Source: Marsupella aquatica
Lineage: Eukaryota > Plantae > Marchantiophyta
Direction: 5' to 3'
NCBI GenBank assembly: GCA_973895155.1
Contig: OZ316893.1
Location: forward strand, 16,770,645-16,834,644
Length of the DNA: 64,000 bases
Made by a program: the position numbers and the translations under genes. The notes beneath the pieces were generated by a model, which did not search any database, was not told where the DNA came from, and was given only the letters and a program-made list of their open reading frames with translations. The number at the start of each line of letters is the position of its first letter. The first letter of the stretch is position 1. Positions 11,365 through 24,379 of this stretch are shown in pieces.

Positions 11365-14300
11365 GACTTTACGTAGCCATAAACACTCATGACTTGCGTC
11401 GTAGAGAACAATTATTTCAGAGTGATTGGAAGAAGTAGTAGTAAGAGTCTGTTTGGTGCTGCGCCATGAAATTGGTGTCGGGCCCATCAAGAAAATATAT
11501 CCAGTTTGAGATTTACCATCTTGTGGATCGGATAGATAGCCAGCGTCAACATATCCTGTTAAACTGTAATCTGCATCATAAGGAAAGTATAATCCAAAGT
11601 CGGATGTACCAATAAGATAACGGAATATCCTTTTAATACCGTTCCAGTGTCTGATAGTGGGTTGTGCGCTGTGTCTTGCGAGTAAGTTGACCGCGAATGC
11701 TATGTCTGATTGAGTTTGATTAGATAGAAACATAAGAGCACCGATAGCCGAAAGGTATGGCATATCTGAACCTAGTAAAGGTTCAAAATCTTCTCTCTTC
11801 CTGAACATATCTTTTTGTATATCCAAGGTACGTATATCCATGGGGGACTTCACAGATTTTAACGAGTCCATATGGAAATGTTTTAACACCTTCTTTGTGT
11901 AAGTCTCTTGATGCAGGAGAATGCCCGTTTGTAAATGTTCAAATTGAAGTCCAATGCAGTAAGAAGTTCTTCCTAAATCCCGCATTTCGAACACGCATTT
12001 CAGCGTTTGTATAGATTCTTGCATCATCTTGTTTGTACCAAACAAGTTGAGGTCATCTACATTAATAGCAATTATTATGAATTCAGGTCCTTGATTCTTT
12101 ATGAATAGACAAGGCGCAATCTCTGAATTTTTGTATCCCATGGATATCATCTCTGTTTTGAAACGCTGGTACCAGGTACGTCCACTTTGTTTTAGGCCGT
12201 AGAGTGAACGAAGAACCTGAATAGCAAATTGGGTCGTTCTATTTCCAGGAGTTTCCTGGAATGCAATTGCTTTAGAGGTATTGTGGAGTACCAGCTTATT
12301 TAAGTAGTCAAATTCATTTGCATGTTTGTTACTATGCATATTTGAATCATGATTTGAATTCGCATGGAAATTGACACGTTCTATAAGCTGTGGTGGAGCT
12401 TCCATATAGATCACAGTGTCAAGTTGACCATAAAGATAAGCGGTCACTACATCTAGTTGATGCATTAAGAGTTTATGTTGGATTGCAAATGCTATCAAGT
12501 AGCGGTAAGTAGTTACATCCATGACTGGTGAATAAGTTAGGTCATAATCTGTGCCATAGATTTGAGTATATCCCTTTGCAACGAGTCGAGCTTTATATCT
12601 CACAATTTCTCCTTGGGAATTCCTCTTTTTGGTAAATATTATTTTGTACCCTATAAGGTGTTGGTCTGGGGTAGCAATGGTTATAGGACCAAATACTTTT
12701 TGAGAGATCAAAGAGTCTAACTCAGAGTTCATGGCTATTTTCCATTTAGGCCAATCTGTTTGGTTTTGTGCTTCTTGGACAGATTTTGGGTCAGGTAAGT
12801 TAGTAATATCCTGTGATATATGAAAGGCAAATTGATCATCAGGTATTACTCTAGTTCTATCTAAGATATGGCCAGTGGTAGTATAATGTATGGCTATCTC
12901 TAGGTGATATGATTCTGAAATGTGAGTATGGGTTTCTGGTCTCATGTCAGATGATGTTGGTAGTTTTCGCCTTTGTTTGAGTTGTTTATCGACAGCCCCT
13001 ACAGGGCGTCCTCTCTTGGGTTTTAATTGTTGATCAGAAGCTAACCGAGTTTCAATTTGAATCCGGGATGGGGTATTCGCTGCTGGGATATGGGATTTTG
13101 TAACATTCGCTGTATTTGCGAATGAAGCAGGTATGGCTTCCATAATCTTTGTAAGTTGAATTATTCTTCTGACTTCTAATTCAGCCTGATCTGTGCGTGG
13201 ATCAGGACAGAGTTCAGGACTAGCTTGCCAGGTGAATATTTTTGGTAATGTTAGCTGTTTGCCCTCTGGTAATGTCAGAGTGGGGAAGATGGTTTCATAA
13301 AAGTGACAATCTGTAAATTGAGCTTTGAATATGTCTGCAGTGGTAGGTTCCATGTAACGGATGATTGATGTAGAGTCGAATCCCACATAGATGCCTTTTC
13401 TTCTCTGAAGTCCTAATTTTGTCCGTTTTGGACCTAGGATTGGTACAAGTACTTGACATCCGAATATCCTCAAGTGTGAAATGTCTGGAGAATTTCCAAA
13501 TGCCAATTGATGAGGTGTAATGCTGTTGAAGGCTGATGGTCTGTATAGAAGAAGAGATGCAGCATGTAGGACTGCGTGTCCCCATGCAGTCGTTGGAAGA
13601 GAAGATTGCACTAATAGAGGTTGGGCTATTTGCTGTATGCGTTTAATAAGTGACTCGGCCATTCCATTCTGGAATTGTACATAAGGTACATTGTATTGTG
13701 AATCAATTCCATTGATGAGGAAAAATTCATCAAAAGTTTTCGATATGAACTCTCCCGCTCCATCAGTCCTGAGGGTTCGAATTGGGTATTCTGGGAATTG
13801 AGCTCTCAGCCGTATAATGTGTGCCAGAATCCTTGAGAAAACGAGGTTCCGGGTTGATAATAGGGAAACCCTTGACCATTTGGAGCTTGCATCTATGACG
13901 ACCAGGAAATAGCGGAATGGGCCACTGGGAGGATCGATGGGTCCGCAAACATCTGCATGGAGTCTCTCAAGAAATGCAGGTATGTGATTTTCGGTTTTAG
14001 AATTGGAGGGAGCAGTAATCATCTTGCCCTGTGAGCAGGCAAGGCATGGTCCTTTGAATGTTCTAGGATGTACTTCTTTTGATACTCCTTTAGAATTATT
14101 GACAATTCTGTGGAACATGCTTGTTCCAGGATGTCCCAACCGTCTATACTAGATCTCTGTGAGGTTCTGTGATTCAGTTTGAACATGGTAGCATTGAGTT
14201 CGAGTTGCATAGTATCCTAAAGGGTAAGCCTGTAAAGTTTCTTTAACAAGTCTGCCTTTTGATGAGTGAGATACTATTTGTAGAACTTCTCGTGAGTCTT

Positions 14301-15664
14301 GAATATCTGTATGAATATGTAGGTTATGTGCTCTTATGTCTTTAAAGCTGAGAAGGTTTCTCGTTGCTTTGGGGGCATAAATCACTGATGTGATGTTGAT
14401 TATTGTTCCTTCTGGGAGAACTACTGTGGCTTTGCCATGATCCTCCTCTATTTGATGTGGTCCCATGATAGTTGTTATTTTCCTTTGTGAAGGGGTGATT
14501 TCATGGAAATATTTACTATCCCGAAGGATAGTGTGGGTTGTGCCGCTGTCGACAATGCAGAAATCTGGATCTTCAATATTTAATGATGAATCCAGCATAT
14601 GTATTTCTGGTATAATCTCTGGTGACTCCAAATAAGCCCCATGAGCTTCGAATTGCGATTCATCCAAGCTCTTCTTATAAAGTAGAACTAGGTGGCTAGG
14701 TGCATGGCATACCTTTTTGGTGTGCCCTTTAGTTCCGCTGCACCTGTTGCATGTAATGGGATGCTCTTGTTTATAACTTGAGGTAGGTCTTTGTCGCTCC
14801 CGATTTTGTTGTTGATGATCCACTCTGTTACTCTTCCAGTTGTTTCGATTCACATTGTTCATTCTTCCACGACCTCGTCCTCTATAGTTTGAACTGTTTC
14901 CACCTCTTTGGGAGAAATTACCTCTCCCTCTCATTGTTCCTCGGCCACGGTATGAACCTCTCCCCCTCGATGTGTATCCATTCGTATTTGTCATATTTGT
15001 TTCTGCTGTCATATCCTGTGTAACTAAGTTGGTTTCAGTTTTGGTTGGTACAGGAAGTGTTCCAGGAGGTCTCTCCTTTGCATTGTTCATAAGGAGGATG
15101 GAATTTTGCTCTGCTAAAAGCATATGAGCAATGAGCGCCAAGTATGTTGTAAATGCCATGTTCCTGTACTGATTTGAAATCACAAAGTTAGTTGGGTGAA
15201 ATGTGACCAATGTCTTCTCGATTTGCTGTTTATCACTGCTCGATTTGCTGTTTATCACTGACTGGTTCTCCACACATTTGGAGTTCATTTGAGATTCTTA
15301 ACATCTCATTGTTGTATAAATCTACTGATTTGAAATCTTGTACTCGTAGAGTAACCCAAGCCTGTAGAGCATTTGGCAGATTTATTGTAGTGATATGCTC
15401 GAATCTCGATTTCAATGCATCCCAGAGTAATCTAGGATTGTATACAGTCTTATATTGGCGTTTGAGAGGATCGACTAAGTGATGTCTCAGTAGTACCAAG
15501 GCTTGTGCCTTTGTGTATTGATCCACACCGACATCTGTGTGTATGGCCTCTTCAATTCGTTTTGCCGTGAGATAGACCTCCACATCTATATACCAATCAT
15601 TGTAATTCTTACCATCTATTTGCAAAGCTGGAAATATAAGTTTTTCGATGGAGTTTGATGTCAT
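11365..15664 (-). pseudogene. Copia gag-pol (gag, zinc knuckle, protease, GAG-pre-integrase, integrase, RT, RNase H)
   Basis: CNRCSGTKGHTKKVC knuckle, CIVDSGTT protease, LGHPG, integrase, YKARLVAKG, SLYGLKQSGRTW, NVDD, GYVDAGY. Disrupted by a stop at 14149-14151 and a 22-bp tandem duplication near 15217-15260. Confidence 0.93.
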
Positions 15665-15913
15665 TCTCCTATCAAGAATGTCTAATTGTTTTTCGAATGG
15701 ATGTTTGGGTAGTGGTTCTCAATGTGTATCAAATTGATGTATGTTATCAAATCTATTTTGTGAATCATCCCCGTTATCATTCCCTAAGGGTACGATGTTT
15801 TTACTGAAGAAATAGCCTGCATATGTTGCCCAAATGTTGACAAATCTGTATAACTGCCAAGTATAACCGCCTTTGACAGTGAACGACCCCTTAAAAAAAT
15901 ATTTAGAGCACTC

Positions 15914-15927
15914 TCGTGCTGATAGCG
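15914..15927 (-). promoter_or_regulatory. Primer-binding site complementary to a tRNA-Ile 5' half
   Basis: CGCTATCAGCACGA abuts the 5' LTR. It matches the anticodon arm of tRNA-Ile (TCGTGCT[A/I]ATAACG) rather than a CCA end. Confidence 0.7.
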
Positions 15928-16063
15928 TGTTACAAACCTAATACACCAACAATGATATGATCTTCTATTCCAAGGAGAGAATATATACATATGGTAACTC
16001 TGGTTGGAGTTAACCATGGGTTCTAACTATGTTAGTATACCCAATCATAGTTAGGGTATAACA
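15928..16063 (-). repeat. 5' LTR of the copia element (136 bp)
   Basis: Near-identical to 3641-3777 and followed by TSD TTTTC. Confidence 0.95.
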
Positions 16064-16090
16064 TTTTCCTGCCGGTGAATAATTCCCGTC

Positions 16091-19000
16091 TTGTGTCCAC
16101 ACGAGAGTCGTGTCAAAGTTACTGTTAACCTTGAATCGGTCAAGAATATGTTTTCCCCTGGGGATCGAGTTAATCTCTTATTGAACGATGAACCGGTTGC
16201 GGGTGGGACGGTTTTCAGCATTACTCCCTCGGACTCTTGTCACAACATTCTGATTGGCGAGCATAGAATCAGTGTTTTTGTTGAGGATGCATTCTTCCAC
16301 CTTGCTGAGTTACCTTATCCAAACGCAGGGACGGACCTGGTCGGTGAAAGCTTAAATTCAGTAATTCTGTGGGATCGGTCCAGCGTCAGGTTTGCAAAAA
16401 TCCAGTGCCCGGTTTATCTAGGTGACAACCAAGAGGAGATTCCTCTAGAACGGGAAGCAGGTTTTGGGGAGCAAGATGCCACGGAAGACACTGTCCATAG
16501 TCAGGACAATGTTCTCTTGAGCGAGGACCTGAGCGATCAAAGTAGGTGGTTCAAGAAATTTTCTTTGCTTTACGGAGACGATGATGAGACACTACTGGCT
16601 CGAGGGTGTATCACGAATCCGCACCCTCAAGCATCGATTAACAATGAGAGAGTTGGAGATGATCATGTCGGGATCAATATTCTCACACTGGCCACCGACA
16701 ACAACATCTCAAAGATGACGTTCCCTTATTTTGTTGAGGGAACGCCTTGCACAATCAAATGGCCTTTGTGGAGAACTCGGATCGAGCCTGGAATGCAATT
16801 GTTAAGCGATCTATTGGATCAAAATGAATTCCTGAATCCCGAGCAAGCAATTGTATCATATGTTAAACCAAAGCGAGGCTATAATAATCAATGTTGCAAC
16901 GCGCAGGCTCCTGAGGAGAAGGAAAGGAAGAAGATTCATAGAAGGCGTAACAAAAAGAAGACTCGGGAATCTATTGATGCTGTCTTCCAGGTTGAGTGCT
17001 ACACAAAGAATTGTTGTAGGAGACAACAGTGGGAAGTGGTCAATCAGATTAGAGATGAATTTTATGGTCTCTCTCACGCCGATCAATAGATGTACGTTTT
17101 GAACCATCTACATGGGAGGGATACGGAAACTATAGAGGCCGGGATGATTATTTTTTGTGGGACACATGTCTGTAAAGAAGGGTTTTGGACCATCCATGGT
17201 TTCTAAAGATGCACCTTCTATTCAATCTATAGTCAATATCGGAATGGGGCAAAAGTTGGCGTTCATGGCAACCAAGGATCAATGAAAACCAAAGACTACG
17301 TCACGCTGTTTGTGGAGTCTATACGAAGTGTGTTCCAAAAATGTGCAGAGCCTATGCCTCATCTCCATAAAATTGGAGAGTCTGGAAAGCAGGAGGTCGT
17401 GTATAGGGTTCCCATAAGCTACGAGAGGAAAGATGTTTATGAAGAGGCTTGCGAGCTTAACAAGAATCTTGGAGCTTCTTCTCCTGTCATTGCTACTTTC
17501 TACAAGATATTGGAGAAAAAGTTTCCCAATTTTCAGTTTCCTGATCGAAGCAATTTTGCAAAATGCGATCTTTGTACTACAATCAAAGAGACTCTTCGAG
17601 GCGAGAAGAGACAAGATGTTCTTGAAATCAAGGCCAAAAGAGAACGTCACATGCTGGAACAACAGTCCCAGAGAAGCATGTATTATGCAGCCAAACTGGC
17701 AGCAGATCAAGAGCTAGAGAAGTATCTCTCGGTGATTCATGACAAAATGGATCAAGCCAAAACAGGGATACCAAAAATGACTTCAACTCTTAAAAGTCAA
17801 GCAGGCAAATCAATTCCATTACCGATGACGTTGACTGGAATGCTCACGCATGGACGGGATCCCGAAATCTATGCCCATTTTGCACTTGGTGGATTGTGGG
17901 CGAGTGATCCTGATTTCACAGTCTCATCTCTTTCAAAGTTGTTCAGGGATCTTGAGTCATTCTCTGGGGATAAGACTGGAGACTTATCGCTGAGGAGCAC
18001 AGACGTGTTTGATCCTATTTTTGTTGCGCTTTTAGATCGTCGGGCTTTTGAGATTGGCTATCTAGAAAGGAAGAATGTGGATTTTGACCATTTTAAAGGT
18101 TTTGAAAATGAAGCTCCGCACGAGCCTCGCATGGAACCCTCGTCCTCCGATTCTTTTCGATCACTTCCATGCCATTTGCACCTCCAACTTGACAATTCAG
18201 GGAAGGACAATAAGAATCAGACCGTGATCGCATATTGTAGTGAGCTTGTTCTTCGAGGAGTGTTTGAGTCCGTTACACTCTCCTTCCTGATGGTTGGTCA
18301 TACTCATGAGGACGTTGACGCATTCTTTTCATGAGTAGGAATTCAGATTTATAATAGTGAGTTAACAACTTTCTTTAGTTTGATGGCTGAAGTTTGGGAG
18401 TGTGAGAATAAGCATCCAGTCCCAAGATTCATCCGGGAGGTTGCCGGATACAAAGCTTATGTTTCTTCTTATGTGAAGAAGATCCAAGGTCAGTCGGCCC
18501 CTGTGCAATTCTTGTTTTCAATGAAAGAAAATACACCTCTTTATCAATATCGAGAGAAAAATGATTCACCGTGGCTACCTGGAAAAGGTCACACCATTGG
18601 GAAAACTACTGGAAAGGACTCTGTGTTTCCCTTTGGAAATCCTCTTTCAAAACAAATGGAGTCGACTCATAAGCGAGCGAGTGACATTCTCGAATACCTC
18701 GTTCATTACGTTTCATGGCTAAAACATCCTGGAAAGATGTCACATCAGAGGGATATCATTTTTGATCCCCGGAAATTGAGTATTGGGAAAATGTCATCAG
18801 GGTCTTCGAAGGTTCCCTGTGCTCTACGCCTAATCTGGAGAGGGACTATCTGCTACTCGATGGGTTTTGGCCAAGAACTAACCATGGAACCGGATATCGA
18901 GCTGAGGTTGGGATTTCTGAGAATAACATTGGCTCTATCAACGATGTCGTGGGCAGCCTTGAGCATGAACTTCAAGAAGATCAATATGAGAGACAGACAA

Positions 19001-19503
19001 TATTTGTTGGCCACCGCTCGGAGCGAGAAAGGTCAATATTCTCCCCACTTGAGGATATTAAAATGGATACATTTGTTATTCTTTGTCCAACAGATGAATT
19101 CGAACAAACAGTTCCCCTTCGATTCTGGCTAGGAAGAGCCATGGATTGCATTGTGTGGGTTCCGGATGATGCTCATGCTGGGGAGTTTGAGGTGGAATGG
19201 TGGAGACCTGTCCATCGAAAATCGTCTGTCCCAGACTCTGAACGATATCGGGATTGTTTCAATTCTAAACAGTCCTGGGAAGTTGATCCAAATTACCAAA
19301 GTCCTACAATCCAACACGACTGGCTCCTCGCAACGTCTACAATCAATGGCTGGAATTCAAAGGCAAAGGGTAAAGTGAAAGTTCCAGTTCATGTTCTTGA
19401 AAGCGTGAATGCATACATTTCCGAGAACTTCTTAACGAAGTGTTTGTTTCTGCACGAGGCTCGCGTAGGGCCTCTTCGTTTTGCCTTACCAAGGAAGGTT
19501 TAG
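16091..19503 (+). pseudogene. Sola-like DDD transposase (DUF7869-type) with extra N- and C-terminal domains
   Basis: Same-frame ORFs 16091-17089, 17282-18334 and 18380 onward, broken by single stops, then a frameshift to 18949-19503. Motifs FAKCDLC, SVIHDKMDQAK, HLQLDNSGKDNKN, FLMVGHTHEDVDAFFS. Confidence 0.75.
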
Positions 19504-19766
19504 GTAGACCATTTGGATCTGCACGAGGGTCGTGTAGAGCGGCCTCGCTCTGGTCTCTAGGCTAGGGTCTACTGAAAGCGACATGGCCATAGACCCGTGA
19601 TTCGCACGCTTTGGCCGTTTCTTGGTCTTGTCCAAATAGGGAACTCCTCACTCTCTTTTCCCATTCTGCGGTTTTTGATTCACTTTCAATCTGCTGTTGA
19701 TGTTAGTTTCTGTCGTCATTTGATTTGTGTTAGTTTTCATATTTCTTAATCTCATGAGTTCTCTCG

Positions 19767-20300
19767 ATGAATCCACCAGTGACGTCCAAGGACCTCGACG
19801 TGACCAACAACTCAACAGAGGTTTCCCCGCCTCATAGCTCAAAGGAGGGGAATGCCCCAAGGAGGTCTTCCAAGATTTACACGCCTGCGGATGGGTTTGA
19901 CCGTAATTGCAATTCTGACGAAGAAGGATCTTTTTTAAGAGAGTGTACTCGATGTAAAAGGTTTTTCTTGTCAGAACTCGATGGAGATACCTGTGGCTTT
20001 CCTGATTGTAAGACACCTGGAGAATAAAAAATGGACGACTCAAATATTAGCCGTGGAGGAAATTCCGTGCCGCCTATCAAGGGGCAGGAGGCATCGGGTG
20101 CGAGGAAATCCGGAAAGATTCCCAAGGAGACTGTCAACAAAAGAAGCATGAAGGAAAACGTCAATGTCTACTATGGGAAGGGAAAGAAGCAGCGGCGGGC
20201 TCCGATAGACCATCGAGCTTGGGCAAAGGAAGCATTCCTTGACTGCCGCGAATCCACTCCGGACTCGGATGAGTGGATGCCATCTTCGTGGAACGATTAA
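19767..20300 (+). pseudogene. Small Zn-ribbon-like protein with one in-frame stop
   Basis: ECTRCKRFFLSELDGDTCGFPDC. ORFs 19767-20027 and 20031-20300 are in the same frame. Confidence 0.4.
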
Positions 20301-21309
20301 GATTTGAAGCCATTTGGGAGAGTCTTAAGTTTTTGAAGCATTTTGAGGATTACGCGAGTCTTGCGTAGATATTTGACTCCATAAAATTTAGATTGTGTTT
20401 CTCACTTTTGTTTCTACTTTAAGCTGGTGTGCGCCCACTTAAAGGTGTCACACAGGGTTGTTAGTTAAATTTTTAGCTTATTAAGACTTATAGTTACCTC
20501 TTTCTATGTAATTTCAGTGTAGTTGAAGGCTTTAGGCCTTGGTCAACTTTGAACCTAGAAGATTAAGTGAGAAGTTAATAGTGATAGTTTTAAGGTAGAG
20601 TAGTCTTTTGTGATATTTTAATCAAATTTTTGTAGGTCATGAAAAATTCTCAAATTTTGATGAGTAGATAGATTTTAGATAGAGAAATCTACCCAAGAAA
20701 ATATCAGACAAAACGAACATGTCGTTAGGAAGTTAGGGTCATTTTTGTTTCGCACACTTTGGTTCTTTGACACTTAGAATAGTTTTCTGTTTTTACAACT
20801 TTATACTAAATTATCATCTTTAGGTATTTTATTGATAGACTTAGATTAGTCCAAAAAGTCTGAGTTTCTGTCAGGTAATAGATTATAGGTAGAGGAAACG
20901 CACTGGAAAAATTTCAGCACAAACAGAGTTCAGGTTAGATTTTTAAAAATCGCAAGGAATAGGCGTCTAGTAGTTTTGCCGCAAAACCACTAGGCCGCTA
21001 AGCCGTTTGGCCGTTTTGTTGCGAGTTAACCAGGGGGTACTCCTAAAGATGGTACTCTCATGTGGATGAGGGTAGTCAAAAGAAGAGGAAAGAAGAGGTA
21101 GATGAATCAAAGGAGTAAAGAAAGAAATAGGAAATTACTTAATTGGTGATAAGACTGATTGAGATATGGAGTTAGGTAGGAGTGAAGACTCCATCAACAA
21201 TTGATTGATGAGATATGGTGGATTAGGTGGTCATCAGTTGCAAAAAATGAAGTGAAGCAATCGTGGCCTGGAAAGACAAGTCGAATTGGAGAGATAATGT
21301 CGAATCACA

Positions 21310-21930
21310 AGTTGTCGAAGTCAAAATCGCGGAAAACTCGCGGTAAGAAAAATCAGCGACACCAAATATTTTCTGGAGCCACATTCGCTCAACCAAATTG
21401 GTTGATATTTTTTGTGGAGGTAGAAGGGAAGTAGGTGCACCTTTTGGCAAATTATGAGCACCAACCGAGGTCTGGTTGGTGAGAGAAAAATTGGATGCCG
21501 GAGGGGGGTCTATAGCTTTCTAGCTTTTGGTACAAATCTGATTCCGCACCTTCAAGCAAACGAATGTTGTTGTAATCAATTGATTGGTGGGAAGATGGTG
21601 ATGGTGATTAGTTGTGAGTGGGAAGCACCTAAGGAAGAAGGTGGTAGGTTGGAAGGGAAGGTCAAAATGGAGTTAGAAGTTCCACTCGCAAGTCGCCGAA
21701 GTTGAAATTCGCGGAAACGAATGGTAGAAAAACTCAACAACACCAAATATTTTCTGGAGCCACATTCGCTCAACCAAATTGGCTGATATGTTTTGTGGAG
21801 GTAGAAGGGAAGTAGGCGCACCTTGTGGCAAATTATGAGCACCAACTGAGGTCTGGTTGGTGAGAGAAAAATCAGATGCCGGAGGGGGGTCTGTAGCTTC
21901 CAGTTTTTTTGTGCGAAATTTGATTCTATG
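21310..21930. repeat. Diverged ~230-bp direct duplication
   Basis: caccaaatattttctggagccacattcgctcaaccaaattgg...gatgccggaggggggtct occurs at ~21357-21510 and ~21740-21891. Confidence 0.8.
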
Positions 21931-24379
21931 ATTTGAAGCACGTGGACGAGGATTGAATGGAAGTAGGAGCTTGATTAGGAACTAGTAAGAAAGGGGAACA
22001 CTCAACCCATGGTGAGGATTGGATTGGAGTGGATTGGAGTGGCTGAAAAGTATTTAAGGATTGTAGTTTCTTGTGTGGGGGGACAGATGCCTGGTTGCTT
22101 AGTGAAAACTTCATCCACAAGCATTTGATCCCATAATTGGATAGTTGTAGAGAAGTGAGGAGAAGGACCCTGGATAGAGGTTCTATTTCTACCAGGAAAA
22201 TTTATGATGTTACATAAAGTCTCTTTTTCTTGCATCATTTTTTGCTATGACTCCAATTGTGTAGTTGGCATGAGAACTAAGCTTTAGAAGGATTGAGTAC
22301 CTTGATTTTTTGGAGGTTCAGTGAGGAGAGAATATTGTGTTATGATTTCAGGTTTTCCCTGGTTCGGGCAGTATACTTGGGCAGCATATTGGCGATTCCT
22401 TATGATGCTTTGGTGTCTCTAGCTGTGGACTTTTGGCAAAGCGATTACAAATTTTCCCTGGTCGTTGTGTTTGGAACACTTTAGTAAATCTGAAAGTGCA
22501 ACCTTCTCACCATGTGTGGTTTGCTGTCCTGATTTGGCTGTTTTGTTGGCCGGAGTTAGTAGACACCCCCAGGAGTGACAATCTGAATCTTCAGAGCTGG
22601 GAGGTGACAAGAAGTACTGATCTGGTCAAGGGCTGTTGAAACTTGGGTGCTTGAGATTGGGTTGCAATCAGGTACAATGGGCTCAGCCCCTAGTTTTGTT
22701 TCGCAAACCAATTGATGGTAGGAGGAGCTGATGTGACCCCAGCAACATGGTTTGTTCCAGTGAGCTTTTAGCAGGGTGATTTCTTACAAGTGTTCCCTGG
22801 TCACCTTGTGTAAAGAACTTTAGTAAATTTGGCACTCTCATGAGGAGGGGTCCTTGTGGAGAGTTAGGTCTTTTTGTTTTGTCGTTGTAGTCTATTGTTT
22901 TGAAGTGGAGAAAACTCTCCAGCCTCTTGGAAGATAGAGGTGGGGTTTTGTTTGGTTTCTAAAAGGTTTGTTCATCCGTCTTCCGCTTGCGGTCCCACCC
23001 TAAGCTCTTCCATGGGAACGAACTGGTAGAGATAGCAATATCTTTGCTTGGGTTGTGTGCTACCCGTGAGTTACCCTCCACGACAGCTGGTAAAGGAGAT
23101 TTTCTTATCTAAAAGGTGTTTAGGAACCTGGACGGTGGTTAGAGGAATGCCTCTTGCAACTGTGAGATCGTAGATCAACCCTAAACCCAAATCTCTTTCT
23201 GTGCTAGTCTCGCGTAGAGCGTTGAGGTCCTTCTGTTCCTCCGCAATTGTCTTACCCACATCTCGATGCCAGCTTCCTTGGGTAGTTTGGTTGGAGTCAT
23301 CTTCCCAACAGATTTTGAATTCCGTTTTGGCATCGATGGCATTGGTTTGAGGGATGCCTCTTCCAACATCAACTATTTTTGTGAATAATGAAAATTTTTC
23401 CTTTTCAAAATCGTGTGCACGTTGTCAATCACTTGCATGGTATCTTCAGCTCTGATGTATCTCGTTTTTTTGTGTCACCTCTTTCCTAAAACTTTGAAGG
23501 ACACGATTATCGCGTAGAGTACACCGAGCAAGTAGACTTGATTTCTAGTTACCCAATAGAGCTCAGCTTAGCGCAGATTCCTTGTCCGACGGCTGTCTAA
23601 TCCTTGGGCTCTAGAGGTCCCCCCCTTTGGGCCAAGCTTTTGACCCAGAGGCCTTCCTCTTGAGATTTTGTTAACATTGTGAATCATCTATGGGGTGATT
23701 AGAGAGATCGAGTGATTCACAGAATTGGTCTCTGTCGCTCCTCACTCAGAGAGTTGACACTCTCGAGCGTAGAATATCAGAATTGGAAAGGTGTACCCTG
23801 TCCCAGGTCATGAAAATTAAAATGGGCGAAGGTGAAAGGTCAAAAATGTTTGGCGAAAAAACATCTGACAACGAACCTGCCCCCCCGGTTGGTATCCCAG
23901 GCCTTGGAGTTTCAGGCTTCGGGGGGAAGATATCCAGAATTTTACAGAAAGAAAGGGCTCTATAGAAAGTCCCTTGTCATACGCGGAAAGATCCGCGATA
24001 TCTTTGATAGTTAGACCGTTGACCCATCAAATCAAGGAATTTATATTATGGAAGAAAAGTTCAATATAAAAAGGGCTCTAGCACATTTGATTTTAAATTC
24101 CTTCATCTTTGCATCTGTCGATAATAAGGACAAGCTCCACAAAGATTTGCACTATATAAAATGAGCACTCGATAGGATGAACGAGAAAATCGACAGTTTC
24201 AATGGACAAGGTGCCCTTTGTGTTCATTCCAAAACTCTAATCTGAAAATTCCAAAACTCTAAACTAAATATTCCAAAACCTCATTTTAGAAATTCCAAAA
24301 CCCCTTCTCTAAATTTCCAAAAAGCACTTTTCAATATTCCATTCTTGGGAGAATTTTCCAGAATTAGTGAAATGTCTGA

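Larger units (their letters stand above)
3641..16063 (-). mobile_element. Full-length Ty1/copia LTR retrotransposon, Bianca-like lineage, interrupted by a LINE
   Basis: Two near-identical TG..CA LTRs, 5-bp TSD TTTTC (3636-3640 and 16064-16068), PBS, PPT, and gag-PR-INT-RT-RH order. Integrase LERLHADVCGPIDPPSGPFRYF is typical of Bianca. Confidence 0.95.
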
